Source of the DNA: an uncultured Acidobacteriota bacterium
GTDB taxonomy: Bacteria; Acidobacteriota; Vicinamibacteria; Vicinamibacterales; SCN-69-37
Reading direction: 5' to 3'
DNA length: 64,000 bases
NCBI GenBank assembly: GCA_963738485.1
Contig: CAVTWK010000005.1
Span: 64,549-128,548, forward strand
Below the pieces are notes generated by a model. The model did no database searches, had not been told where the DNA came from, and saw only the letters and a list, made by a program, of their open reading frames with translations. Positions 12,955 to 23,049 of the stretch are shown one piece after another (the stretch's first letter is position 1; each line of letters opens with the position of its first letter). The translations under genes were made by a program, and so were the position numbers.

Positions 12955-14730
12955 CTAGCGAATGTCGAGGTAGAGCCGTCGCACCTCGACCTCGTGCGAG
13001 GTACAGACGCGGCGGATCTGCGCCTCGAGGACCGCGTCGATTGCCGGTGAGCTGATCAGCACCTCATCGACCGCGTGCGCCGCGAGCGCCTTGTCGAGGG
13101 ACGTGAACGACCCATGAACCCGCACGCCGAGGATCCGTTTGGCCCGCATGCCGTCGTTGTCGTCGAGAAAGCCGACCGGATCGAGCGACCACGCGTCGTT
13201 GGCCAGCAGTTCGCGCACGAGCATCTGGCCGCGGGCTCCGGCCCCGTAGATCATCACGCGCCGCCGGCCGCCGCCCGACCGGGCGGCCATCCGCGCCAGG
13301 ATCCGGAAGGACAGCCGCGTGACGATGATGGCCGAGGTGAGCAGGACGGCGTCGATCAGGAACACGCTCCGCGAGAAGCGTTCGAACTTGTAGAGCCACG
13401 TCGCCGCCAGGACCGACATCATCGACCCCAGCGCGACGCCCCGCAACACCGTGGAGAGATCATGAAATCCGAACGTCGCCCACGATCGCGAGTAGAGCCC
13501 GGACGTGTAGAGCGCCGCGAGCTTGCAGCCGAGCACGGCCGGCAGCGACAGCGCGAACGTGGACATGAAGACGGGCAGGGCCTCGCCCTCGAACCGCACG
13601 CGATACGCGGTGTAGTAGCAGATGCTGATGAGCACGAGGTCGAGCAGGACCTCCCCCGCATGCCAGCGGAAGGTCAGGTCGGAGAGCAGCGGGGCGAACG
13701 GCGCGCCCTGCAACGCGCGGAACTCCTGGCCGCCGTACGCCGGCACGCGCGCAAGATACAGCCCGAAGATCAGAACGCCCACGCCGACGAACGCCGCCAC
13801 CGGCCAGACCGGGGCGCCCCGCGTGTGCAGCAGGTAGCCGGCGGCGGCGCCGACCAGGCCGACGACGTACAGGATGAGCACCGCGCGCGATTCAGAGAAG
13901 CCAGCTGAGACGAGCCGATGCGACGTGTGGTCGATGTTGCCCCGCGTCGTGCTGCGGCCCGCCAACCGACGCAGCAGGACGACGAACGCCGTGTCGAACA
14001 GCGGCATGATCACGATCGAGACCGCGGCGATGGCGGAGGTCAGCGTGCCGGCGCGCAGCACCGCAACCGACGCGCAGCCGGCCAGCACCGCGCCAATCGC
14101 CAGGCTGCCGCAGTTGCCCATGAACAGGCGTGCCGGCGACCGGTTCCAGAAGAGGAAGCCGCAGAGCCCGCCGGCCAGCGCGACGAGCACCATGGTCAGG
14201 CCGGGTCCCAGTTCGACGTGGAACGTCACCGCCAGACCCACCGCGGCGATGGCCACGACGCCGGCGGCCAGCCCGTCCATGTTGTCCAGCAGGTTGACGG
14301 CGTTGTCGAGACCGCCGAACCAGACGATGGCGACCAGGCTCACGGCCGGCGCGATCACGCCCGCTTCGAAGTACGTGAGCGCGAAGACGAAGAACGAGGC
14401 CACGGCGAGCGAACTGACCATCTTCGCCATCGCCGACAGCGGGCGGAGGTCGTCGTACCAGCCCACGCCGAACAGCACGGCCGTCGCCGCGAGCACGGGC
14501 AGCGCACCGTACAGGGTGGTGAGGGACCCGGGTGTGGTGAGGTAGGCGAGGAGCCCCGCGCCGAGTCCCGCGAGGACAGCGATGCCGCCGTACGTCGGCG
14601 TGGGATACCGGTGCCAGCGATTGGGTCTCGGCGCGACGACGGCGCCGAGGGTCGTGGCCACGCGCCTCACGGCCGCCGCGACGGCGAGTGCTACAATCGC
14701 GCTCGTCGCGAAAACGAGAGTGACATTCAT
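12955..14730 (-). CDS. WecA/MraY-family polyprenyl-phosphate HexNAc-1-phosphate transferase fused to a WbaP/CapD-N-terminal-like TM + Rossmann-like domain
   Basis: N-terminal half has 'TPTYGGIAV', 'NAVNLLDNMDGLAAG' and 'LFMGNCGSLAIG' (PNPT family). C-terminal half has 4 TM segments plus 'RVMIYGAGARGQMLVRELL...VGFLDDN...ISSP'. Start taken at MNVTL (ATG 14730). Confidence 0.75.
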   Translation of the reverse strand: MNVTLVFATSAIVALAVAAAVRRVATTLGAVVAPRPNRWHRYPTPTYGGIAVLAGLGAGLLAYLTTPGSLTTLYGALPVLAATAVLFGVGWYDDLRPLSAMAKMVSSLAVASFFVFALTYFEAGVIAPAVSLVAIVWFGGLDNAVNLLDNMDGLAAGVVAIAAVGLAVTFHVELGPGLTMVLVALAGGLCGFLFWNRSPARLFMGNCGSLAIGAVLAGCASVAVLRAGTLTSAIAAVSIVIMPLFDTAFVVLLRRLAGRSTTRGNIDHTSHRLVSAGFSESRAVLILYVVGLVGAAAGYLLHTRGAPVWPVAAFVGVGVLIFGLYLARVPAYGGQEFRALQGAPFAPLLSDLTFRWHAGEVLLDLVLISICYYTAYRVRFEGEALPVFMSTFALSLPAVLGCKLAALYTSGLYSRSWATFGFHDLSTVLRGVALGSMMSVLAATWLYKFERFSRSVFLIDAVLLTSAIIVTRLSFRILARMAARSGGGRRRVMIYGAGARGQMLVRELLANDAWSLDPVGFLDDNDGMRAKRILGVRVHGSFTSLDKALAAHAVDEVLISSPAIDAVLEAQIRRVCTSHEVEVRRLYLDIR

Positions 14731-14850
14731 CGACCCCGGCGGCCCTCCCGAGGCTCCAGCGCGGAAGACGTGGCCGACATCTACAGCCACGACAAGCAGT
14801 TACGCGAAGTCTAGCGTCCGCTCCGTCACCGGTCAAGACAGGATCGACCG

Positions 14851-15857
14851 GTGACCGTGCTCCCCGTCAGTCTCATCATCCTCAATTGGAACGGGCACGC
14901 CTGGCTGGATGGCTGTCTCCGCGCCGTGCTCGCCCTCGACCCGGCGCCGGCCGAGGTGATTGTGGTGGACAATGCCTCGACCGACGAGAGCGTGGCCTTC
15001 GTCCGGCGCGCGTTCCCCACCGTCAGGGTCGTGGCGCTCGACCACAACGTCGGCTTCGCCGCCGGCAACAACGCCGGGGCCCGCACCTGCGCGACGACCT
15101 TCCTCGTCTTCCTGAACAACGACACCCGCGTCCACCCGGACTGGCTCGGCCGTCTCGTCGCGCCGGCCGACGCCTCGTCCGACGTCGGTCTCGTGACGTC
15201 GCGTGTCGTCTTCATGGAGCCGCCCGGCGTCCTCGACTCGGCCGGTGACGGGTACCTGCGATGCGGCGGCGCCTTCAAGCACCACCACGGGCAGGCCGAG
15301 GCGGAGGCACTGACGTCGCGCGAGGTCTTCAGCGCCTGCGGCGCGGCGTTGCTCATCAGGCGGGATCTCTTCGAAGCGCTCGAGGGGTTCGATGAGGATT
15401 TCTTCATGGTCTACGAGGACGTGGACCTCTCGTACCGCGCACGCCTGCGCGGGGCGCGGTGCGTCTATGCCGCCGACGCGATCGTGCTGCACGCCGGCAG
15501 CGCGAGTCTCGGACGCGTCAGGTACCGGCGGCCGTCTTCTACGGTCAGCGCAATCTCGAGTGGACATGGCTCAAGAACTCGCCCGGTCCGCTGCTGTGGC
15601 GATCGCTCGTGCCGCACCTGCTCTACGATCTCGCGGGAGCGGCCGGCTACGCGCGTCGCGGCCAGTTGCTGACCTGGTGCCGGGCCAAGTGGGCCGTCGT
15701 CCGATCGTGGCCGGCCCTTCGTCGCAAGCGCCGGCAGGTGCAGCAGCGGACGTCGGTGGACCCCGAACGGCTCTGGGCGCTGATGGATGCGGACTGGGTG
15801 TCGATCAAGCGCCGTGAGAAGCGCTTTGATTTCGGCAGCTACTCGCGTCGCCCGTAG
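14851..15857 (+). pseudogene. Family 2 glycosyltransferase, reading frame broken once (~15515-15535)
   Basis: The frame from GTG 14851 gives 'LIILNWNG...VVDNASTDES...NVGFAAGNN...YEDVDLSYR...HAGSASLG'. The conserved continuation 'AAVFYGQRNLEWTWLKN...' is in the 15459..15857 frame. Confidence 0.75.
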
Positions 15858-15864
15858 AGTCTGC

Positions 15865-17403
15865 CTACGGGCGCCGAGCAGCGGCGCCTGGCTCGGGCGC
15901 GCGGTGCACGCTGGCGATCCGGATCGGCAGCGCCATCAGCAGGCCGAGCAACAGCACGAGACCCACGCGAGCGCGGCCAGGTGCCGACGGGCCGGCCGCC
16001 CCCGCGTGCCAGGCCGTGGTCAGGCCGAGCACCGCACAGAACGCGAAGAGCACCTGCGTGATGATCAGGGGGTGTCCGAGCAGGCACGACAACAGGAAGG
16101 CCAGCAGGCCTCCGGCGAGTGCGAGGCCCTCTGGGGTCGCGGTTGACGACCGGATCGCAGCCGCCACGCCGGTCGCCGCCGACGCGAGCAGCCACACCCA
16201 CAGGCCGAAGCCGACGAGGCCAAGTTCGGCGAGGATTTGGACGAACTGGTTGTGCGCGTTCTCTCCGGCCGCCGCCGAGGGGAACCGTGCGGCGAACTCG
16301 GGCGTGATGAGTGCGGACGATGCGCGCCTGAACTGGCCAACGCCGACGCCGAAGACCGGATCTTCGACAGCGAGTTGCAGCCCGATCCGGGACAACTCGA
16401 CGCGGATCCCTGCGGCGACCGCTGGCGAGGCGCGCGTCCGTCCGTACTGGCTGGTGATCACGCCGGCTGCCAGGATCGCCAGGCCGAGGGCTCCTGCGAG
16501 CACGATTGGGCGAGGGCGGCGCTCCAGGGCCCAGAGCGCCGCGAGACTCACCAGCGCGGCGCCGATGGCCGCCCGTGACCCCGTCATCCACAGCGCCAGC
16601 AGCGGCACCGGCGTGAGCGCCAGGACCCAGCGCCATCGCGGGTGCCAGCCGAGCCACACCATCGGGACCAGGCAGAGCACATAGAATGACCCGGCCGCGT
16701 TCGCGTCGCCGTAGTGCGGGTTCATCCGCAACGTGCTCAGGTATGTGAAGGCGCTCCGCCACGGGTCGAGCGTGCGGATGGACACTTCACTCAGGCGGAG
16801 GACCGCAAACGCCGCGGCCGCCGCGCCGCCAATCAGCAGCAGGCGTGTCGCCGCCGCCCGACTGTCCGCGTCGCGCCGCAGGACGCGCTCGACGAGCACG
16901 GCCAGCAGCAGCGCCTCGCTCCAGCGGATGGCCATGCGGAGGCCCGCGAACGCCGCCGGGTCGGAGTAGTACGTGCGGTCGAGGTGGCCCGCGAGCGCGG
17001 CCGGCGTGACCGTGTCAGCGGAGCCACCCGACGCCAGGCCGACGGTCGCGGACCCCAGAACGGTCGCCGCGAGCAACGCCGCCGGCCACGCGAGACGCGA
17101 GGCCGCGGCCTCGCCCGTGAGCGCGGCGTGAAGCGTGGCGGCCAGCAGGAACGGGACCACGAGCAGTTCGGCCGACTCGGCGCCGGAGAACGGCGAGCCC
17201 GACAACACCTGGATTTGGGTGGCCAGCGGCAGCAGGGCCACGACCACCAGGAGGCCATGGGCTGGCCGCATGGCGGTCAGCACCAGCACGGCCGTGCTGA
17301 GGATTTGGAGCAGCGGCGTGACGGCGTCTCCGCGCCAGGTGGCCCACCAGGGCCCGACGACCAGGAGCGCAGGCAGAGCGAGAAGAACGCGCGGAAGGAT
17401 CAC
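15865..17403 (-). CDS. O-antigen ligase / polymerase family (Wzy_C) membrane protein
   Basis: 512 aa, polytopic. 'NPHYGDANAAGSF' and 'WMTGSRAAIGAALVS...AHNQFVQILAELG' are typical of the O-antigen ligase-like family. Confidence 0.7.
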   Translation of the reverse strand: MILPRVLLALPALLVVGPWWATWRGDAVTPLLQILSTAVLVLTAMRPAHGLLVVVALLPLATQIQVLSGSPFSGAESAELLVVPFLLAATLHAALTGEAAASRLAWPAALLAATVLGSATVGLASGGSADTVTPAALAGHLDRTYYSDPAAFAGLRMAIRWSEALLLAVLVERVLRRDADSRAAATRLLLIGGAAAAAFAVLRLSEVSIRTLDPWRSAFTYLSTLRMNPHYGDANAAGSFYVLCLVPMVWLGWHPRWRWVLALTPVPLLALWMTGSRAAIGAALVSLAALWALERRPRPIVLAGALGLAILAAGVITSQYGRTRASPAVAAGIRVELSRIGLQLAVEDPVFGVGVGQFRRASSALITPEFAARFPSAAAGENAHNQFVQILAELGLVGFGLWVWLLASAATGVAAAIRSSTATPEGLALAGGLLAFLLSCLLGHPLIITQVLFAFCAVLGLTTAWHAGAAGPSAPGRARVGLVLLLGLLMALPIRIASVHRAPEPGAAARRP

Positions 17404-17472
17404 GGCACGGGATCGAGCGGGGAGCGACGCGAGTCTAGCATGTGCGCCCTCCGCCCGATCCCGCGCGGGCCC

Positions 17473-19393
17473 TCACCGCGGCTCGTCGGGCGGATACCAG
17501 TTGCCGCCGATGCAGCGGCCGCCACCGAGAATCACGAACGGATCGGGCGTGGGACATCCCCCGGACGTGGGCGGCGTCGGCGCGGGCGCCGGCGTGTTTC
17601 CGGGCGGCGTGATCCCGGGCGGGTACCAGTTGCCGCCCACGCACGTCCCCCCACCGAAGATCGCAAACGGGTCCAGTGTGGCGCAGCCGGCCGGCGGCGT
17701 CGGCGGCGTCGGGGCCGGAGGATTGGGTGTGGGCGCCGGTGGAACCGGGGTCGGCGCCGGAGGAGCAGGCGTCGGCGGCACCACTGGCGGCGGGGGCGCG
17801 ACACCCGGCGGCGCGATGCCGGGCGGATACCAGTTCCCACCCGCGCACACGCCGCCGCCGAGACCGGCAAACGGATTGCTGCCCGGGCAACTGATGTCCA
17901 CCGGTGGCGTCGGCGGCGTCGGTGGATTGACGGGAGCCGGTGGGGGTGGGTTGGGCGTCGGTGTGGGCAAGCCTGGCGGCGGCGGCGCCGGCGGCTCGGG
18001 CGTGGAGGGGGGCGGCTCGGGCGTCGGCACCGGCGGGACGGGCGGCGTCGGCTCCGCCGGGGGCGTCATGCCCGGGGGTACCAGTTGCCCCCCGCGCACG
18101 TCCCTCCGCCCAGAATCGCGAACGGGTCTGGCGACGTGCACGTGCCCGGCGGGGCGGGCGTGCCCGGCACAGACGGGGCGGGCGTGGGAGCGGTCGCCGT
18201 GTCGAGCACGATGCGGTGCACCGTCCCGCTCCTGTAGTTCACGACGTAGATCTCACCGCCGGCATCGACGCCGAAGCTCGAGGGGAACTGCGCGCCATCG
18301 TCGAGGCCGTCGGTGTGCTCCTGGAGGTCACCCACCGAACCCGGGTCCGCCCCGGCATCCACCGCGAGCGACCAGATGCGGCTGCGCACGAAGTCGCCGA
18401 AGAAATATCGCCCGATGTAGGCCGACCCGAGCGCGGAGCCCCGATAGACCACGCCGCCCGTGATCGACCGGCCCTCGACGTGCGAGTACTGGAAAATCGG
18501 ATCGGTCAGCGATGGCGAGAAGGGCTCCAGGTCCGTGAGGTAGTCCTGCGCCCCCTCGCGATTCCGCCAGCCGTAGTTCCGCCCGCCGGCGCCGGCCGGC
18601 TCGGTGTTGATCTCCTCCCAGCCGCCCTGTCCCACGTCGGCTGAGACCAGACCACCCGAACCGCCCCGCGCCGGATCATCGAAACTCCACCGCCAGGGGT
18701 TGCGCCAGCCGAACGACCAGATCTCGCCGAGCACCCCCTCGTGACCCACGAAGGGGTTGTCAGCCGGCACGTCGTACCCCTCCGGATCGTCGTCGCCGAC
18801 CGAGACGTCGATTCGCAGGAACTTGCCGAGCAGCGACCGCGGATCCTGGGCGAGATGATCCGGGTCGTCTCCCGACCCGCCATCGCCGAGCCCCACGTAC
18901 AGGTAGCCGTCAGGCCCGAACGCGAGTTGGCCGCCGTGGTGGTTGGCGGACGGCTTGTCGATGAACGGCTGGCCGTCGGGCCACACGAGATCGAAGCGCG
19001 AGGCCGGATCGGCCCGCAACGGATCGTCGCCGGATCGGAGGAAGCGCGCGATGACGGTGCGCCCCGACAGATCGATGAAGTTGATGTAGAGCCGGCCGCT
19101 CGAAGCGTAGTCGGGCGCAAACGCCAAGCCGAGCAGGCCCTTCTCGCCGTCGCTATCGACGTCAATCGCGAGGAAGTCCGACTCCTGCAGGACGCCGTCC
19201 TTCAGTGTCCGGACCCGGCCGCCCTTCTCCACGAGGACCTGGACGGTGGGATCCGACGGATCCTGGACGAACGCCACCGGGGAGGACAGTCCCGAGACCA
19301 CCAGTTCGGCGCGCAACGGCCATTGCACCGTCGAAGCCCCGAGAGCGACACCAGCGATGGCGAGGACGAGCGCGAGAAGGGAACGGACCACAC
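17473..19393 (-). pseudogene. Secreted PQQ-dependent (GSDH-type) sugar dehydrogenase with 4 C-terminal Cys mini-modules; one frame break at ~18075-18082
   Basis: '[22 protein letters not shown]', '[11 protein letters not shown]' and 'NYGWRNREG' form a beta-propeller GSDH signature. A signal peptide follows GTG 19393. 'GGNWYP' (frame of 18066..19487) continues as 'PGMTPP' in the 17473..18141 frame, across a G5 run. Confidence 0.75.
17482..18140 (-). repeat. Coding repeats: 4 copies of a 24-aa two-cysteine module separated by Pro/Thr-rich linkers (paralog 1)
   Basis: The four copies are [22 protein letters not shown](P)[49 protein letters not shown] and [24 protein letters not shown]. Confidence 0.85.
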
Positions 19394-19584
19394 GACCCCC
19401 TGAAGTTAGACCCCGGTCCTTCGCGATCGATACATGCGGGTGCACGGCCGTGCGGGTGCCGCGGTCTGGCTCGATCGACAACTGCAAACGAAGGGCCGTC
19501 GGCGCTGGGGGGCCTCAGCGCTGCTCGTCCGGCCGCACTCCGTCGTCAGTGCGCGTCACTGCCCGTATCCGCGACGGACCTGGT

Positions 19585-19615
19585 CGCGATCACGCGCGCC
19601 GAGCGCGTGATCGCG
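19585..19615 (-). terminator. 13-bp perfect stem hairpin immediately 3' of paralog 2; candidate terminator or processing site, no U-tract
   Basis: cgcgatcacgcgc-gccga-gcgcgtgatcgcg, located 3 nt after the stop codon at 19618-19620. Confidence 0.35.
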
Positions 19616-19617
19616 TG

Positions 19618-21414
19618 TCAGATTGACTGCACGATGTGTCGGACCGGCGACAGCCGGTGACGGGTCGCCGACATGGCGGCCTCGACCGCGAGCGTGCCAT
19701 CCGGCGGATACCAGTTGCCGCCGATGCACCGGCCGCCGCCGAGGATCACGAACGGATCGAGCCCGGGACACCCGCTCGTCGGCGGCGCGACCGGCGGCGT
19801 CGGCGTGCCGGGAGGCGTCAGTCCGGGTGGGTACCAGTTCCCGCCGACGCAGGTGCCGCCACCGAGGATGGCGAACGGGTCCGCTCCCGGGCACCCGCCG
19901 GGCGATGGTGTGGGCGGCGCGGGCACCGGTAGCGTCGGCGGCGTGGGTGGCACTGGCACACTCGGCGCGCCCGGCGGCGTGATGCCCGGTGGGTACCAGT
20001 CGCCGTTGGCGCAGGTGCCGCCACCGAGGATGGCAAACGGATCCGGTCCGGGGCAGGTGCTCGGCGCCGCTGTGGGAGGCGCCGGGGTCGGCGTGGGTGG
20101 AGTTGGCGGGATCGGCGCGGGTGTTCCGGGAGGTGTGATGCCGGGTGGGAGCCAGTTGCCGTCGGCGCAGGTGCCGCCGCCGAGGATGGCGAACGGATCC
20201 GCCCCGGGGCAGCTCGCCGCCTCGTCGAGGACGACCTGATGGATGGCGCCGTCGACATAGTTCAGGACGTAGAGTTCGCCGGCCGCGTCCACGCCGAACG
20301 CCGATGGCGAGGAGGCACCGGCGACTAGCGAGGCCGTGTGGTCTTGCAGGTCGCTGGCGATTGCCGGATCGAAGCCCGCGTTGAGGGCGAGTGACCACAC
20401 GCGGTTCGCGGCGAAATCGCCGAAGAAGTATCGCCCGCGGTAGCCGGCACCGAGCGCCGTGCCGCGATAGATCACGCCACCGGTGATGGACCGGCCCTCG
20501 GCATGCGAGTACTCGAACACTGGATCGGTCAGAGGCGTGGCGAAGGGTGGCAGCGACGTGACGTGGTCGTGGCTGCCTTCGCGATTGCGCCAGCCGTAGT
20601 TGCGTCCGCCGACGCCGGCCGGCTCGTAGTTCACTTCTTCCCACTGCCCTTGACCGACGTCGCCCATGATCAGGCCGCCGGTGCCGCCGAACGCCGGGTC
20701 ATCGAACGACCATCGCCACGGGTTTCTCACACCGAACGCCCAGATCTCGCCGAACACGCCGCTGGTGGCCGCGAAGGGGTTGCCAGCCGGCACGTCGTAG
20801 CCCTCGGGATCCGAGTCGGGCACAGACGTGTCGAGCCTCAGCATCTTGCCGAAGAGCGACAGCGGATGCTGGGCCAGATGGGACGGGTCGTTGGAGCTGC
20901 CGCCGTCGCCCACGCCGATGTAGAGGTAGCCATCCGGCCCGAACGCGAGGTGTCCGCCGTTGTGGTTGCCGAACGACTTGGGCAGATAGGGCAGTCCACC
21001 GGGCCAGACGAAGTCCTTGCGGGTGGTCGGATCCGCCTGCAACGGGTCGCTGCCGGACCGGACGAACCGTGCGACGACGATGTGACCGGATGGGTTGTTG
21101 AAGTAGACGAATACGCGCCCGCTCGTCGCGTGATCGGGCGCGAAGGCCAGTCCGAGCAGTCCCTGTTCGCCGCTGCTGGCGACGCTGATCGAGAGGAAGT
21201 CGTGGGCCTGGAGGACGCGGTTCCTCAGGACCCGGACGCGGCCGCCCTGCTCGACGACGAACTGCACCGCCGGATCGACGGGATGCTGAACGAAGGCGAC
21301 GGGGGCGGAGAGTCCGTTGACGACGAACTCGGCGCGCAACTGAGCGAAGCCCCGATTGGGCGGGAGGAGGAGCGCGAGGGCGACGAGCACGAGCCGGACG
21401 CGGCTCCGCAGCAT
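19618..21414 (-). CDS. Secreted PQQ-dependent (GSDH-type) sugar dehydrogenase with 4 C-terminal Cys mini-modules
   Basis: Signal peptide '[19 protein letters not shown]'. '[23 protein letters not shown]', '[11 protein letters not shown]' and 'NYGWRNREG' are GSDH motifs. It is a close paralog of the adjacent gene along the whole length. Confidence 0.85.
   Translation of the reverse strand: MLRSRVRLVLVALALLLPPNRGFAQLRAEFVVNGLSAPVAFVQHPVDPAVQFVVEQGGRVRVLRNRVLQAHDFLSISVASSGEQGLLGLAFAPDHATSGRVFVYFNNPSGHIVVARFVRSGSDPLQADPTTRKDFVWPGGLPYLPKSFGNHNGGHLAFGPDGYLYIGVGDGGSSNDPSHLAQHPLSLFGKMLRLDTSVPDSDPEGYDVPAGNPFAATSGVFGEIWAFGVRNPWRWSFDDPAFGGTGGLIMGDVGQGQWEEVNYEPAGVGGRNYGWRNREGSHDHVTSLPPFATPLTDPVFEYSHAEGRSITGGVIYRGTALGAGYRGRYFFGDFAANRVWSLALNAGFDPAIASDLQDHTASLVAGASSPSAFGVDAAGELYVLNYVDGAIHQVVLDEAASCPGADPFAILGGGTCADGNWLPPGITPPGTPAPIPPTPPTPTPAPPTAAPSTCPGPDPFAILGGGTCANGDWYPPGITPPGAPSVPVPPTPPTLPVPAPPTPSPGGCPGADPFAILGGGTCVGGNWYPPGLTPPGTPTPPVAPPTSGCPGLDPFVILGGGRCIGGNWYPPDGTLAVEAAMSATRHRLSPVRHIVQSI
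19699..20211 (-). repeat. Coding repeats: 4 copies of the 24-aa two-cysteine module (paralog 2)
   Basis: The four copies are [72 protein letters not shown] and [24 protein letters not shown], with P/T/A-rich linkers. Confidence 0.9.
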
Positions 21415-21576
21415 GAAGGTACCTCCAATCGCAGCCGGTCGTCAGGGAGGCCGCATCGAGCTGCTGCTTCCAAATATACGCTCCCACACGTAGCCAGCGG
21501 CCAGGAAAATCGAGTAGGATTTCTGCTTGTTCGTGGCGCGAACAAGCGTGGCGCGCCAGGGCGGAGATCTCAGGCC

Positions 21577-21933
21577 ATGGAAGGCTATACCTTCATCCTC
21601 TTAATGATCGGGTTCGGCCTGGCGTTTTCCGCGGGGAACGTCCTGCTGTCCCAGTTTCTGGGACCGAAGAAGCCGAGTCCCGAGAAGAGCGCGCCCTACG
21701 AGTGCGGGATGCCGCCCGTGGGGGACGCGCGCGAGCGGATGTCGGTCAAGTTCTACCTGGTCGCGATGATCTTCCTGCTGTTCGACATCGAGGTCGCGTT
21801 CCTCTACCCGTGGGCGATTGCGCTGCGGGACCTCGGGGTCGTCGGGTTCTGGCAGATCGTGACGTTCTTCGCGTTGCTCGTCACCGGCTACATCTACGTC
21901 TGGCGCAAGGGCGCCTTCGACTGGAGCCGCTAG
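21577..21933 (+). CDS. nuoA: NADH-quinone oxidoreductase subunit A
   Basis: '[41 protein letters not shown]' is a canonical NuoA sequence. ATG at 21577. Confidence 0.9.
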   Translation: MEGYTFILLMIGFGLAFSAGNVLLSQFLGPKKPSPEKSAPYECGMPPVGDARERMSVKFYLVAMIFLLFDIEVAFLYPWAIALRDLGVVGFWQIVTFFALLVTGYIYVWRKGAFDWSR

Positions 21934-21952
21934 GCGCCCCGGTTCCTCCGTT

Positions 21953-22417
21953 ATGGCAGATATCGAAATTCCCGTCCTGACGACCAGCGTCGAGAAGATG
22001 GTCCAGTGGGCCCGTCGCTCGGCCATCTGGCCGGTGACGTTCGGCCTTGCGTGCTGCGCCATCGAGATGATGGCGATGAGCTGCGGCCGCTACGACATCG
22101 CCCGCTTCGGCGCCGAGGTCTTCCGCGGGTCGCCCCGGCAGGCCGACCTGATGATCATCGCCGGTCGCCTCTCTCGCAAGATGGCGCCCGTGCTTCGCCG
22201 CATCTACGACCAGATGCCGGAACCCAAGTGGGTCATCTCGATGGGCGCCTGCGCCAGTTGCGGCGGCGTGTTCGACAACTACGCCATCGTCCAGGGCGTC
22301 GAGCAGGTGGTGCCGATCGACGTGTTCGTGCCCGGCTGCCCGCCGCGGCCCGAGGCGCTGATCTACGGCATCGTGCAGCTCCAGCGGAAGATCGATAACC
22401 AGCGGATGAGCGCGTGA
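21953..22417 (+). CDS. nuoB: NADH-quinone oxidoreductase subunit B
   Basis: '[14 protein letters not shown]...MGACASCGG...VPGCPPRPE' carries the N2 cluster ligands. Confidence 0.95.
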   Translation: MADIEIPVLTTSVEKMVQWARRSAIWPVTFGLACCAIEMMAMSCGRYDIARFGAEVFRGSPRQADLMIIAGRLSRKMAPVLRRIYDQMPEPKWVISMGACASCGGVFDNYAIVQGVEQVVPIDVFVPGCPPRPEALIYGIVQLQRKIDNQRMSA

Positions 22418-23049
22418 GCGGCCTGGCCCTCGACCCGTCGCCCGTCATCGCGGTCCTCGGCGCGGCCGTGCCCGACGCGGTGATCGCGCCGGCGCCGGCC
22501 GTGGACATGCCGGCCATCTCGGTGGACCGGGAGCACGTCCTCGAGGTCATGACCGCGCTGCGCGATCATCCGGGCCTCCAGTTCGGGTTTCTCGTGGACG
22601 TCATCGGCGTGGACTATCTGCCGGAGGAGCCGCGTTTCGAGATCGTCTACCTGCTCGCGTGTCTGGGCGACGCGTTCCGGACCGCGGGCGCGGCGACGAG
22701 CGCGCCGTCGCGTCGGCTGCGCGTCAAGGTCCGTGTGCCGGAGGGGGACCCCCGGATCGAGACGATGACGGGCCTTTTTCCGGGCGCCGGCTGGCCGGAG
22801 CGCGAGGTATTCGACCTGCTCGGGATTTCGTTCGACAATCATCCCGACCTGCGCCGGATCCTCACGGCCGACGGCTGGGTGGGCCACCCGCTGCGCAAGG
22901 ACTACCCGGTGCAGATCCGCAAGGACACGGCGACCTGGTCGCCGATCCAGCTGACGGCCGAGGAGTTCGCGGCCAACGTGCGCGGCGCGCACGATCGCGC
23001 GGCGCGCCAGGCACAGGGGAGTGGGCCGACGCCCCCGACGCGTGACTGA
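22414..23049 (+). CDS. nuoC: NADH-quinone oxidoreductase subunit C
   Basis: 'FEIVYLL...[27 protein letters not shown]...[11 protein letters not shown]'. The GTG start overlaps the nuoB stop (GTGA). Confidence 0.9.
   Translation: MSGLALDPSPVIAVLGAAVPDAVIAPAPAVDMPAISVDREHVLEVMTALRDHPGLQFGFLVDVIGVDYLPEEPRFEIVYLLACLGDAFRTAGAATSAPSRRLRVKVRVPEGDPRIETMTGLFPGAGWPEREVFDLLGISFDNHPDLRRILTADGWVGHPLRKDYPVQIRKDTATWSPIQLTAEEFAANVRGAHDRAARQAQGSGPTPPTRD

Noticed and set aside
17135-20239. Gly/Pro-rich ORFs on the plus strand (17135..18463, 19673..20239) that look like collagen- or PE/PPE-like repeat proteins.
   Set aside because: They are mirror-frame translations of the Pro/Thr-linker and Cys-module repeats of the two minus-strand dehydrogenase genes. 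The minus-strand reading gives a coherent signal peptide, beta-propeller and modules.
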